DNA of 64,000 bases from the human T2T-CHM13v2.0 reference genome, Homo sapiens, in NCBI RefSeq assembly GCF_009914755.1, contig NC_060927.1; one strand, given 5' to 3'. The position numbers and the translations under genes were made by a program. Under the pieces are notes generated by a model. That model saw nothing but the letters and a program-made list of their open reading frames with translations. It was not told the origin of the DNA and searched no databases. Positions 27,591-42,329 of this stretch are shown here, piece after piece; position 1 is the stretch's first letter, and each line of letters starts with the position of its first letter.

Positions 27591-28379
27591 TGAATGACTG
27601 ACTTCTGCCCTCATTGCGTATCTGTGCATCCTCTCTTAAACCTACTTCAAATAATCAAGTTCAGCACCTATCAGACTGGCAAGGATGAAACAACTTTGGA
27701 ATACTCCTTGTTGCAGGGATATGGAAAAATAGGCTCTCATATCCATTGTTGATGAGAATGACAGTAGGGACAATATTTTTGGAAGCTCACTTCTCAGAGG
27801 GGGCTCCTTTAGTAGAGAAGCCAGAGAAGCCCCGGTCTAAGACTTAAAGGAAAAAGATACAGGAACAAGGGAGGGAAAGAGCCAGGCTGCATTGTGCAGT
27901 GGGTGCAAAAAATCCAAGTGGAAAATCGCTGCTTGTGTTTTAGAGGGAATCAAAGAAGGCAAGAATGAGGACAGGGAGCTAAGGAGGTGAGGCTAGAGAC
28001 AATGTCTGGGACCAGGTCAAGTCTAGCCTTACAGATTACAGCAAAGAGTTTAAGATGGTCTTATTTGTAACTTAAGAAAAGTCCTGCATCATTTAAGTCT
28101 GTATTCTCCAATGCTTCTTAAGGTGCTTGAATCAAGGAGACAATCAATAAGAGTTTGTTTGAGAAGTACACTGAGCCCCTGTAGCTTTTTTCTATCTGTG
28201 CCTGGCACCCATCAGTCCTGTGACAGCTGCTTGAACAGTACAAATATGCCCAGAGTTAAAGAACTGATATCTTCCACTTCCCCAACATCTGTTATGCTCT
28301 TCCACATCTTTGCCCCTTTAAAACAAACAACTGAAATTTCCATCCCTGAAGTACACTTTACTCAATGATAAAATCAACC

Positions 28380-28610
28380 AATAATTACTGAGCACTTTTT
28401 ATGGGCTCAGCATTCTTTCAAGTGCTTTGCCTATATTGACTCATTTCATCTACTGAGCAACTCTATAAGGTAGGTTTTAATATCACCTGCATTTTACAGA
28501 TGAGGAAACTGAGGCAAAGGGAGATTAATCATTTTGACCACAATTATGCAAGTGGTAGGTGGTAGGGCAAGATCTCCAGAGTCGACGTCCTTGACTGCTA
28601 CATCTCTCCA
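28380..28610 (-). mobile_element. MIR SINE
   Basis: cattttacagatgaggaaactgaggca core. Confidence 0.88.
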
Positions 28611-28712
28611 GCAGGCGCCAGCATGTGGATTTGCAATCTTACCATTGATTTCATCAAAGGAAGCATTTTGAGACATAAAATGCTGTTCCTAACTGTTGCA
28701 CATTTTACTCAC

Positions 28713-29098
28713 GTGCAGTTCATAGTTGTGCATATTTTACATCAATGTCCTTCAAACCGTTTTTGCCTGTCAGATATGAACTTCTGAGAGCATCTCATGA
28801 AGAAACATTTTGAGATCTCATCTGGTTGTGTTGCCTACATGCCTGGCAGTTTGGTTTCTATAGCATTGCTATCATTATGACAATGCTTATGCAACTGTTC
28901 AAATGTTCCATCCCCCTCTTATTATATTATAAAAAAGCAGTGGAAAATGGAAAATAAAACGCCAGTACTGATACTAAGGATACAAAGCTCTCCCTTACTC
29001 CAATTAAGCTAAAGATGAAAATCATTGCACTTATAAAAAGAATCAATTGTTTGCTTTGCTCAGTTGTCCCCTGGACTTAAGCTGGTGAAGCTGTTCAA
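28713..29098 (-). other. Candidate exon (lncRNA or decayed gene); 3' boundary uncertain
   Basis: Acceptor attttctttttatttgcag|TTGAAC at 29099/29098; possible donors GGA|gtaagg (28999) or CAC|gtgagt (28713). Confidence 0.35.
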
Positions 29099-29480
29099 CT
29101 GCAAATAAAAAGAAAATACTTTTATAAATGCGTGTATAAATATTGGAAATATAGGAAATATGTCTAAGGCACAGCACAATTAGTACTTTTTTTTGTTTAT
29201 TTTGCTCTGTGGGAAAAGACCTATAAAATGTAAGCATATCATTCAACTTTGGGGTGTTTGACTTTCATTTGAAAGTAGGGGAGTAACTTAATTTATTAAT
29301 TTTCTTCATCATTTGCTAGTAATGTAAATATTTTGTTAATATGCCATATCATATATCATATAACATCCTGTCCAAGCCCCGCTTGACAAGTCAATGTGTA
29401 CTCACATGCAAACACACATAAACTCACTTTTCTATTCTAACATATCAAAGAGTTCAGCATTTACAGAAACGTCAACTTAC

Positions 29481-29608
29481 CTTTAACTAGTAAGTATTCT
29501 CTTGCCTTTCTTTTGTTTTTACTGTAATAATCTTCAGATTTTGTTTGCTATGCATAGATGTCATCTTTTTCTTTCATACACTCTTTCTTCTGGATTTCTC
29601 ATCAAAGC
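29481..29608 (-). other. Candidate 128-nt internal exon (lncRNA or decayed gene)
   Basis: Acceptor cttctctcttctgtattacag|G, consensus donor AAG|gtaagt, purine-rich body, unique sequence; stops in all three frames. Confidence 0.45.
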
Positions 29609-31119
29609 CTGTAATACAGAAGAGAGAAGCTCCTTAATTTCTGTAGGCACAGGAGGAGAAACTATAAATCTCAAGTCAGTGACACTTCTAATTTATTTCT
29701 AATTTTCCCCCGGCTGACTACAGTTTAATCACAGTTTTAGAAATTCACCTAATTCCATGAGATTTAGAATAGAGTTCTCTCGAAATACAGATGAAATTGA
29801 GGCTAGTCTCCTTAACAACTAAAGAGTTCATACCAATTTGGCTTCTTACAGGATGCATGTCACTGAATACACCGTTTTAGACTTCTACTGTCTCTGTAGG
29901 AGGAGATTCTGAAGTGCTCAAAGTTATCTACACTCAGTTGCAAAATCAGGGCTGTCAAAGTGGGAGAGAGAACTCAGTAATACATCCCCTCCGAAGCCAT
30001 GTTTCAGAGTTACTGAAACCAGAATGGCATTCCTGAATCTTTTTTTAACAGATGTCAGTGTGGCGAGAATGAAACACGTCATGAATACTGATGAAATCTA
30101 GCGTGCATATCACGCCATAAGATATCCTCATTTATATGTATTTCTCATTCTCCCTACTACAGAAAAGAAAACAGCTTTTCCCCCAGAAGCTCCACTTCAG
30201 TCAATAAGCATGCTTCTCCTTTGTCACTTGTGAGGTCACACTGTTTCACACACACCCAAGTGTAAAAACAGGACAAGGAGGGAGGCAGAAGTGGCAGATG
30301 TGGTATCCCTTGTTCTGCCATGTGGTAAGTGAAACTCTCTGTGGCACCATCCGCTTGGCACCTCCCCACACCACCTGCCCCTCCACTCCCCCTGGATGTG
30401 CAAGGCATCTAGGTGCAAGATGGCACAAGAAGCAGGAAGTCAAGGGGATTTCTTCACAAACACCTTTGCCCTCTCTCTCCTTCCTGATGCCATGGAACAA
30501 AGTCATTTTTCTAGCAGGAACTCAATATTCAAGGAGCTTAACTCAAATGAGAGCACAGAAAGGAGAAAAGGTTGAGAGTTTCCTACAGGCAATAATTTTT
30601 AGTACCCCTTTAGGAGGAAAACATGTTGGGCATGGATAGTTATGGTTTGGGTAGTACTAAGATCAGTATGAAGGATTCTCACACCCAGTTATCCTCTTGG
30701 TCCTCATGATCTCTCAGTGAAACATTAGGCAAAAAGAGGATACACTAGAGATGTGTTTTAGTCTAAGCCCCCACTTTACAAATAAGATAAATGAGGTACA
30801 GAAAGAGAGAGAGAAAGCAACTTGTAAAATGTTACACAGGGCAGAGCTGGCACTGGAATGACTCAGTACATTTTCTGCCTTATCACGTCATCTCTCCACA
30901 TCTTTCTTGTGTCTGCCCGGCGACAAAAGCTCCTTGAGGGATTAAGCCCTGTAAACAATGATATACCAAGCAGTGTCTAATGTCACGTGCAAAGAACTAG
31001 TTAAATCCCTTGCTTCTTTAGTGGGTGTTAACAAAGACTACACAGCTGCTGTCAACTTGGATCACAAAGGCAGAAAAAAGAGAAATAAACAGATATCTTC
31101 TGGTTGCCTTCAATAGCTA

Positions 31120-31330
31120 CTATTTGTTAAGTGTCCAACATAAGCCATATGCTATGCCAGGCACATCACTTGTATTCTGCTAATGCTTCTAGAAACTCCA
31201 AAGATAATATGGATGCTATTATACTAGGAATACAAGGAAACCAAGTCAGGGAAATAGATACCTTGTCTGAGGTTACACACAACTGGTTAGTTCTCAGATT
31301 CCATTCCTGCCGGCAACAAGCAGCACTATA
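31120..31330 (-). mobile_element. MIR SINE
   Basis: tatttgttaagtgtcc...ctatgccaggcac...caaggaaaccaagtcaggga. Confidence 0.6.
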
Positions 31331-31650
31331 AACCAAAGAAATATGCATCTACTTGAAAACCCCAGAACCCAGGAATAGAAACAAAGTGGACAGTATTTGG
31401 AAGGAAACTAAAGAGAGAAACAAAGGAAAACTGAGATTAGAGCATCATGGGAATCTATTCTACAACTATTAACATGCAGGAGGGATATGTTTTAAGATCT
31501 ACGAACACACCAAATATGCAAATATAATTAAAGCACTTGACTCCACCTATAAAATTTGGTACAAGATACTTGTGATATTGGGTATCTGGGAATGAGCAAA
31601 GAAATGTTAAGATCTCAATGAGTTGGGGTAGATGAGTTACAATCACGCAC

Positions 31651-32046
31651 TATATTAGTTTGCTAGGGCTGCCGTAACAAAATACCAAAGACTGCATGGC
31701 TTACAGAACAAAATGTATGTTCTCACATATCTGAAGGCTTAAAGTCCAAGATCAAGGTGTCAACAGAGCTGGTATCCTCTGGGGCCTCTCTCCTTGGCTT
31801 GCAGATGGCCACCTCTTTACATGGTCTTTCCTCTGTACCCAAACACCCCTGGTACCACTTTTTGTGCCCATATTTCTTCTTATAAAGACACCAGTCACAT
31901 TGTATTAGGGCCCATCCTCAAGGCCTAATTTTACCTTAATCACCTCTTTAGAGACCCTATCCACATGCACAGTCACATTCTGAGGTACTATGAATTAGGA
32001 CTTCACTATATCAATCTAAGGGCTGGCCATAATTCAGCCCATAACA
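31651..32046 (-). mobile_element. MaLR solo LTR (MLT1A0-like)
   Basis: tatattagtttgctagggctgccgtaacaaaatacca...aagtccaagatcaaggtgtc...aattcagcccataaca. Confidence 0.9.
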
Positions 32047-32289
32047 CTCACCAAGTGACTAGTTCTGGTACCGCAGAGATGAAAATCCAGACACCTGAAA
32101 AGTAACAACCTATCATCAACCTTCAGTGTCATTCATGAAGAGCTGAAGCCCTCTAATATTTGAATTCAAGTTCAGGAATCTAAGGGTTTACTATAGGTTT
32201 TAGGTTAAAAAAAAAAAAAGGAGAGGAAGGCCATTTAATAAACCTTGGTCATTATGGTGTAAACCAAGCATCACAAGACTATGCTTGCC

Positions 32290-32515
32290 AGTTAAATATA
32301 GCATGCTGCATATTTTTCTAAATAAAGTTTTATTGGCACACAGCCATGTCTATTCATTTATGTATTGATTGTCTATGGCTGTTAGCGAGCTACAACTGCA
32401 GAGTTGAATAGTTGTAACAGAAACTCTCTGGTCCACAGGGCTGAAAATATACTCTATCTGGCCCTTTACAGAGAAAGTTTGCTGGCCCTTTACAGAGAAA
32501 GTTTGCCAACTCCTG
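32290..32515. mobile_element. MER58A-like MITE with internal 24-bp tandem duplication
   Basis: taaataaagttttattggcacacagccat...ctggccctttacagagaaagtttg twice. Confidence 0.85.
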
Positions 32516-33938
32516 GTTTAAACTGTGTTAATCAGGTTTCTTTACAGTAGGGCTTTTCAAGGTCTTTCCAATCTTCAAGGGGAAGATATATAGTAAAATT
32601 GCATCTTACGTGGGAGGTAGTTTCTAAAGTCAGTTCAAAGTGAAAACTGTGTATAGTCAAAATGAACACTGGAAAATCCCTTAGGGAAAGTGCCAACATA
32701 GAGCCCAGCAACTACATCATCATGAATATAGCCAGTTTTTCCTTCAAAGTTGCAACAGATAAAATTTTCTTCAAGCACTACATAAAAGGCTCTATTTATG
32801 GGCCATTTGTATAAAAAGGTGCATATCTTTAGATAACAGAATCACTCTCAGCATAAGAGACTTGAGAAAACTGAGACCAATCAAAGGACAGGAGATTCAG
32901 TTACCACCTCCTACTCACTTGTTGAATTTGCAGAAGTTATGTATGCACTGGAAATGACTCTACTGGAGTTTGCTTCCTTTCTCAGCTTACTTCACCAGAG
33001 AGTTCCCCTCCCTCACTATTCTTATCCCATAGAAACCTCTAATATATGCAATCTCTAATGATAAATATCTAATAATAAAACCTCTAATAATGCAATCAAT
33101 ATTCTGTGGAGCACACTTTGGGAAATGCTGAAATACTAAAAAACGTAGGTGTTACGGATCAATCAATCAGACGGAAATATATACAATGCTTTCTTAACAC
33201 TGATAATAAAAAAACTGTAGGATAAACCACAATGAGATACCATTTCACACCTACTAGGACGGATATTTGGGGAATGAAAGGAAAATAAGAAGTGTTGGTG
33301 AGAATGTGGAAAAACTGGAACTCTAGTGCATTGATGATGGGATTGTAAAATGGTGCAGCCACTATGAAAAGCTGTTTAGTAGTCTCTCAAAAGGTTAAAT
33401 ATAGAATTACCATATGATCCAGCAATTCCATCTCTGGGCAGATACCCAAAAGAATTGAAAGGAGGGCCTTGAACAGATATTTGTACACCAGTGTTCATAG
33501 AAACATTATCCACAATTACCAAAGGTGGAAACAATCCAAATGTCCATCAGCAGATTAATGGATAAACAAAATATGGCATATACATAACATGGATTATAAT
33601 TCTTTTCACCTTAAAATGGAACGAGATTCTGATATATGTTACAACATAAATGAGTCCTGAAAACATTATACTAAATGAAATAGGCCAGACATGAAAGGAC
33701 AAATATTGTATGATTCCACTTACATGGAGTGATTAGTATCTAGAATAGTTGAATAGTAATTATTATCTAGAACAGTTGAATACACAGAGACAGAAAGTAG
33801 AGCAGAGTTTACAAGAGGCTGGGGGTACTGGGGAATGGGAAGTTATTGTTTAATGGGCATAGAGTTTCAGTTCAGGATGATGAAAAATGTTCTGGAGATG
33901 AATCGTGGTAGTGGTTGTTCAACATTGTGAATGCACTT

Positions 33939-34246
<308 letters not shown>

Positions 34247-34265
34247 TAACTCTTATGTTATGTAT

Positions 34266-34965
34266 GTGTGTATATATACATATATATAATATAAAATATA
34301 TACACTAGTGTATATACTAGTATACTATTCATAGTATTATACATAACATACACTGTTATATGTAGTATGTATTATATAATATAATAAATATTAATTAAAA
34401 TATATAATATGTACTATTATATATCAGTATATTATTTACAATATTTAATAGTATATTATATATACTATATAAATATATATACTATATATATACAGAGAAA
34501 GTTTGTATACATACTATATATACTATAGTATATATGTAGTATATATACTATATAAATATAATATATATAAATACATATTATATACAATACTATATAAAGT
34601 ATGTATAAATACTATATATACTATATATACTATATTTATATATATTTATATTTTTATATATACTATATATATTTATATTCATATATAGTATATATACTAT
34701 AGTATATATGTAGTATATATGTAGTATATATACTATATAATATATACTATTATTGTATAATATATATTATATATTATATATACTATATAACATATACTAA
34801 TATAATACTACATAAATATATACTATTATTGTAAATAAAAGTATATATAATACTGTTATATATACTACTATATTATATGTAACTATATATACTACTATAT
34901 GATATATAATTACATAATATATTATTATCTATTATATATAATATAATAGTATATACATATATACT
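34266..34965. repeat. About 700-bp AT-rich low-complexity tract
   Basis: Degenerate (TA)n/TATAC/TAGTA units with very few G or C. Confidence 0.95.
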
Positions 34966-34968
34966 GTC

Positions 34969-35252
34969 AAGATAGGGTCTCGCCCTGTCACCCAGGCTGG
35001 AGTGTAGTGGTGCGATTGTGGCTCACTGCAGCCTCGAACCTCTTGGCTCATGTGATCCTCCCACCTCAGCCTCCTGAGCAGCTGGGACTACACAGGCGGC
35101 ATTACCACACCTGGGTAACTTTTGATTTTTTTTGTAGAGACAGGTTCTCGCTTTGTTGCTCAGGTTGTTCCTGAACTCTCGGTTTCAAATGATCCTTGGG
35201 CCTTGGCATCCTAAAGTGCTGGGATTACAGGCATGAGCCACTGCGTCCAGCC
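34969..35252 (-). mobile_element. AluJ-type SINE
   Basis: agatagggtctcgccctgtcacccaggctgg...gggattacaggcatgagccactgcgtccagcc. Confidence 0.93.
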
Positions 35253-35669
35253 TTGTTATGAATATTTTACCACAATAAAAATATGTTCAAGACAAAAAAG
35301 GATATAGAAGCAAAATTGTAGGAATGGGGATGGGGCAGACTTAAATTATTTAGACATCACTTGAATGTGTCATTCTGCTAAAAATCTAGCTGTTGACAAA
35401 TTCCTGGCTTGCTTAGGTGACAATTTCAATACTTGGAAGGCAGAGGATGCTACAAGGGGAAGTGTTCATCCAGGAAAACCTTTTGGGCAATAGATAAATG
35501 AAGCAAAAAAGTGGTCACACACTCTTGGAGTTCAAAGCAGTTGAGGGAGGGATGCTGGGGTCCTTGCCTGGCTCCTCTCTGGTTCCAGTACTGCCTCCCA
35601 CCACCCAATCTCCATCCTCACCCTTCCACTCATCCCCATTCACTGTATATTCAGCAGCCAAAGTGGGGG

Positions 35670-37830
<2,161 letters not shown>

Positions 37831-37899
37831 TTTTTTTCCTGAAGCAGATGTATATTTTCTTAAAACGTACTCTGAGTTTCTGAGTGGTTTTGAGCTCTG

Positions 37900-38560
37900 G
37901 AGTGATTTTTTTGAAACCCAAATCTGAAGATAGCAAATCATCCCTCCCTGAATGTAGCTCCCCTGAGGCTTTCTGTTACACTAAGAATGAAATTTGAACT
38001 CCATACTGGAGCATGATTATAGGACATGGTTTCCTATCTTCCTCCTGGACTTTTATTGTATGTTCTGTTAGTCATTAAGCTTTAGCCACAGTGGTTTTCT
38101 TTACTTTTTTTTCTAAGGTTAGTCAAGTGAGGCAGTGAGAGTGGAGTGGTTTTCTTTATGTACTCAAACATACCAAGCTAATTTTATTTTGGGACCCTTG
38201 TCCTTGAGGCTGTGATTTTTCTGGAATCTTGTTCCCCAGATATGCATATGGCTAGTTTCTTCCTGCTGTTTGGGCCTCGGTTCAGATGTCTTCTCTCAGA
38301 GAAACTATCCCTGCCCACCAGAGAGTAGCCCTCCAACCATCCGTAATGACATAGCTTCTTTATTTCTTCACAGCACTTGCCACAATTTGAATTTATCTTC
38401 TTTGAACTCTTTATTGGTGTATTATTCCCCACGATATACTATAAGCTCCACATGATTGAGGACCTTGCTGCCTTGTTCTTTTCTGTGTCCCCAGAACCTA
38501 CAGCAATTCCTGGCACATGGCAGCTGTTCAGTGAATATGAGCTGAATGGATAACTGAGTG
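37900..38560 (+). mobile_element. L2 3' remnant
   Basis: ctgtgtccccagaacctacagcaattcctggcacatggcagctgttcagtgaatatgagctgaatgga terminus. Confidence 0.75.
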
Positions 38561-38941
38561 GAAAAATGAACTCACGTGGATCTCCCCTAATGCCCCTGGT
38601 TGCTCCTCCTGTGTCCTCTTATATCAACAAAGGGGTATTTCCTTTCTCCCATATATTAGCAGTAAATAATGATGTAAGACATTTCTAGTCTCTTGAACAA
38701 ATAGTTTAACTGCAGAAATACTTACAAAACGGATTCCAAACACATTTATGTTCTGCATTCCAGGTTTCCAAGTGGCTTAGAACAGTGAAAGTGCCACTGT
38801 CTATTCGGCCCATTTCTACTCCTAAGAGATAGCTATTAAGTTTATTTGCATAAATCCAGAAACCATTTATCCATTTACAAATCTCCAGCTATCTAATCTA
38901 TCTCAGATTACACAATCTGAATGATTCACCAAAGAAGTTTC

Positions 38942-39226
38942 TTTTTTTTTTTTTTGAGATGGGGTCTCACTCTGTCACTCAGGCTGTGATGCAATCATAG
39001 CTTGCAGCCTTGAACTCCTGTACTCAAGCAGTCCTCCTAACTCAGCCCCCTGAGTAGCTGGAATTACAAGTGCACACCATCATGCTCAGTTAATTTTTAA
39101 ATTTTTTTTAGAGATGGGATCTCACTATATTGTCCAGGCTGGTCTCAAACTCCTGGCCTCAAGTGAACCTCCTGCTTCAGCCTCCCAAAGTGCTGGGATT
39201 ACAGGCATGAGCCACTATGCCCTGCC
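38942..39226 (-). mobile_element. AluJ-type SINE
   Basis: Antisense dimer with small right-arm deletion; approximate TSD aagaagttt / aataagttt. Confidence 0.92.
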
Positions 39227-39735
39227 AATAAGTTTTATTCTATTGAAAAATTGTTATTTTTAAGTGAATCTGAGTTTGTTAAGAAGGCAGATTGTCAATC
39301 CCACTTCTAGAGGTTCTGATTCCACAAACCAGGGGTGGGGCCTTCATTTTCAACAAGCACTCTAGATCATTCTAACATAGGTAGTCCAAAAACCACTTAT
39401 GAGAAATACTCATAAGTGAGTATTTATGAGTATTAAATACTAGGTTAAGGCAATTTAATGCCATCCTTATTTAAGATGATGCAGCCTCCCAAATACTAGG
39501 GGGCAGATGGAGCCATACGTGCACCCACTGACGTCCTATGTCATGTCCTCTTTGCCCAAGAAGAGGGCATTGCGGATCCATGTGCCTCCACTGAAGCCCT
39601 GACAACCAGACCTGCTTATGAAGCCACATAAACATTATCAGGGCAACAGCTCAAACAGGCAGTGAGGAAATGGGTTCTAGACTCTGAGTGGCTTTGGGCC
39701 AGTTTCTTCATATGCACAATGAGAAGGTGGGCCAG

Positions 39736-41350
39736 TGTGATGTTATGATAGAATAAGAAATCTGTTTGTTCTTCCCCAGTTCCTGGCAAAGAGCTTCTGA
39801 AATTCTTGTAACTTCGGAGTGATTGGGGTGAGAGAAGCATCTTTTGTTACTCATAATAAGCCCCTTTCAACCACATCTGAGTTTATGTTAATGAGATGGC
39901 TGGGGGATTCCAGCCCCACACAGCTTCAGGGTGGGGGCTGGTTGCCAGAGGAACCAACCATGTGATTACAGGGTTGGAAATTTCAGTCCCACCCCCTGAC
40001 CCCCAGGGAGGGGAGAGGGGCTGGAGGTTGAGTTCAGTCACCAGTGGCCACAATTTACTCAATCATGCCTAACTAATGGAACCTCCATAAAAACCCTGAA
40101 CAATGGGGTTTGGAGAGCCTCCTGGTGAATGCATTCACTTTTTGGGAGAGCGGCACATCCCAAACTCCACTGGCACAGAAACTCCTGCTTTTTGGACCCC
40201 TCTGGACTTTATATATACATCTCCATCTGGCTGTTTGTCTGTATCCTTTATAATATCTTTTCTAATGAACTGGTAAGTGAAGTGTTTCTCTGAGTTCTAT
40301 GAGCTATTATAGCTAATTGTCAAACCTGAGCAGGAGGTCATAGGAACCCCTAATTTGTAGTTAAGTTGGTCAAAAGTGCAGAGGGCCCAGGACTTGCAAT
40401 TGGCATCTGAAATGGGGTAGTCTTATGGGACTGAGCCCTTAACCTGTGAGGCCAAAACCACCTTTGCAAAATTATGACAGTAAGAGAAATCTGACACAGC
40501 CAACTCCATCTTGCTTCCAGCAACACACACTTGCTGTCCTCACTCATTCCTGGGTGTAGGCCAAGCTAACTTTCAAAGGAATTTGGTTTATAGTTTAAGC
40601 TTAAAGCAAGAATGATAATAGCCCTTCTGCAAACTAAACTGCCTTTGTAAAACTAATGAAAAGCCACAAGGTTAGGATTACAAGAGGGCCTGAATTCTGC
40701 TAAGATGTAGGCACAGTTAAAACAATAACCAGCCATTGTTCTGGAGCTCACAAGATCTGTAACTTCCCCAATTACTCCTGTAGATACATCACTATTGTAG
40801 AACCCAAGATTGGTCTTTTGAGATGTTTTTCAGACTTTTGCATTTTGATGACTAACTTCACCCATACCAGGGACTCAGCTGGACCTGTGGCCCCCACCCA
40901 GAGGCTGACAGCACACGAGGACCATTTTCCACACCCCTCTGATTTCATCTCCCATCCAATCAGCATTCCCCATTCCCTAGCCCCCTGCCCACCAAACTAT
41001 CCTTGAAAAACCCTAGCCTCTTTGGGGAGACTGATTTGAGTAACAGCCCCAATCCTTCTGCTTGGCCAGCCTTGCATTAATTAAACTCTTTGTTTACTGC
41101 AATAATGCTGTCTCAGTGAATTGGGTTTATCTGTGCAGCGGGCAAGAAGAACACATTTGGGTGATTACAGTATCTGATGCTAATTTCAGGTAGATTTTGT
41201 GAAATCAAAATTGAACTGAATTGAATTGAGGACATCCAGTTGGTGTATGAGGAGTTGGAGAACTGACTGCTTAGTGTGGAAAATCCACACATTTGGTATC
41301 AGAAGTGTTGTGATTATTGACATAAAGTTGTTTTTTTCTTTCAACCACAT
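39736..41350 (+). mobile_element. MER21-family LTR, split by an LTR8-type insertion
   Basis: tgtgatgttatgat...ggaaccaaccatgtgattacagggttggaa...gggactgagcccttaacctgtg; resumes at 41170 with tctgatgctaa...caggtaga...cacatttggtatcagaagtg. Confidence 0.75.
40453..41169 (+). mobile_element. LTR8/LTR8A-type ERV1 solo LTR
   Basis: Begins aaaccacctttgcaaaattatgacag, ends gggcaagaagaacacatttgggtgattaca; attaaa poly(A) signal near 41080. Confidence 0.8.
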
Positions 41351-41889
41351 AGTTATAAAAGTGCATTCCAGCTCTATCATTTTATGAGACTTCAACATCT
41401 CATGGATTTCTGTGTGATTAGGTTACGCCTGACTCTCACCCCATACCTTCCAAATTTTCTAGGAGGAACTTATATCATGTTTGTAATGGAAAAGAAAATA
41501 ACCAAAACATTTTAAAAGATAACATTTCCCATTATTACTCAAACAGGATTTTCACAAGCTAAGATGATTGCTTCTGTTTCAGTGCTATGTTCACTACTCA
41601 TCTCCACGAACATAAAGAAACAACAAAATCTCTACACACACTTATCCACCAGATTGTTTTAAACAATTTTCAAACTTGTTTTAATAGGCAAAACTGGCTC
41701 TGTAACGCTAAACTAGATGTAAATAGCCCAAGGATCCAATTTCAGCCAAAATCTCATACCACGTGGAGAAATTAAGCAATTCTTAAATATTTAATAATAC
41801 CCTGTAATTTTTTAGACTCCTGGGCTCCAAAATTTCTGACAAAGTAATTCCTATGCCACAATTAATAAAAATAGACAACCTTCCAAAAA

Positions 41890-42320
41890 GTCTCGCAAAG
41901 CAAAAGTAAACTCCTCCGAGCACTCCCGCTGCGGTCAGAGTGATGCATACAAGTGACATACCCGCCAGAAACGACAGCAGCCAGAAAGGGTTTGGAGCTT
42001 GCCCTGAACGGGTGTCTGCTGAAAAGGCTCATAAAAAGAAGGTTGTGATTAGAAGATCATGACATTTCCAGCACCCACTTATTAGCATGTCTGGAGAATC
42101 ACAGAAGGGGGACGATGCAGTCTTTATAACCAGAGTTCACGTCACAGGATATTTACAAATACTGCTATTCCAGTCTTCGGAGCAATTCGGTCTCTGCTCT
42201 AACAGCAGACAAAGAGTGCAGACACCCTAGCCAATCACTCCAGGTGGCCTCCTAAGAAAGATTCCTGCCAACCCTTGGCTGCTCAGGCCATAAACCTGTA
42301 TATTCTTCCTCCGCATCATC
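41890..42320. promoter_or_regulatory. Candidate cis-regulatory element (local CpG excess in unique DNA)
   Basis: About 12 CpG in about 430 bp; cacgtca (CRE half-site), tatttac (FOX-like), ccaat. Confidence 0.3.
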
Positions 42321-42329
42321 CCACTTCTC

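Noticed and set aside
30163-30323. Possible plus-strand exon ending GTG|gtaagt
   Set aside because: Stops in all frames and no supporting neighbouring exon
39494-39508. CTCF-like motif tactagggggcag (also ccacctaggggcag at about 7396)
   Set aside because: Mismatches at core positions; cannot be supported without ChIP data
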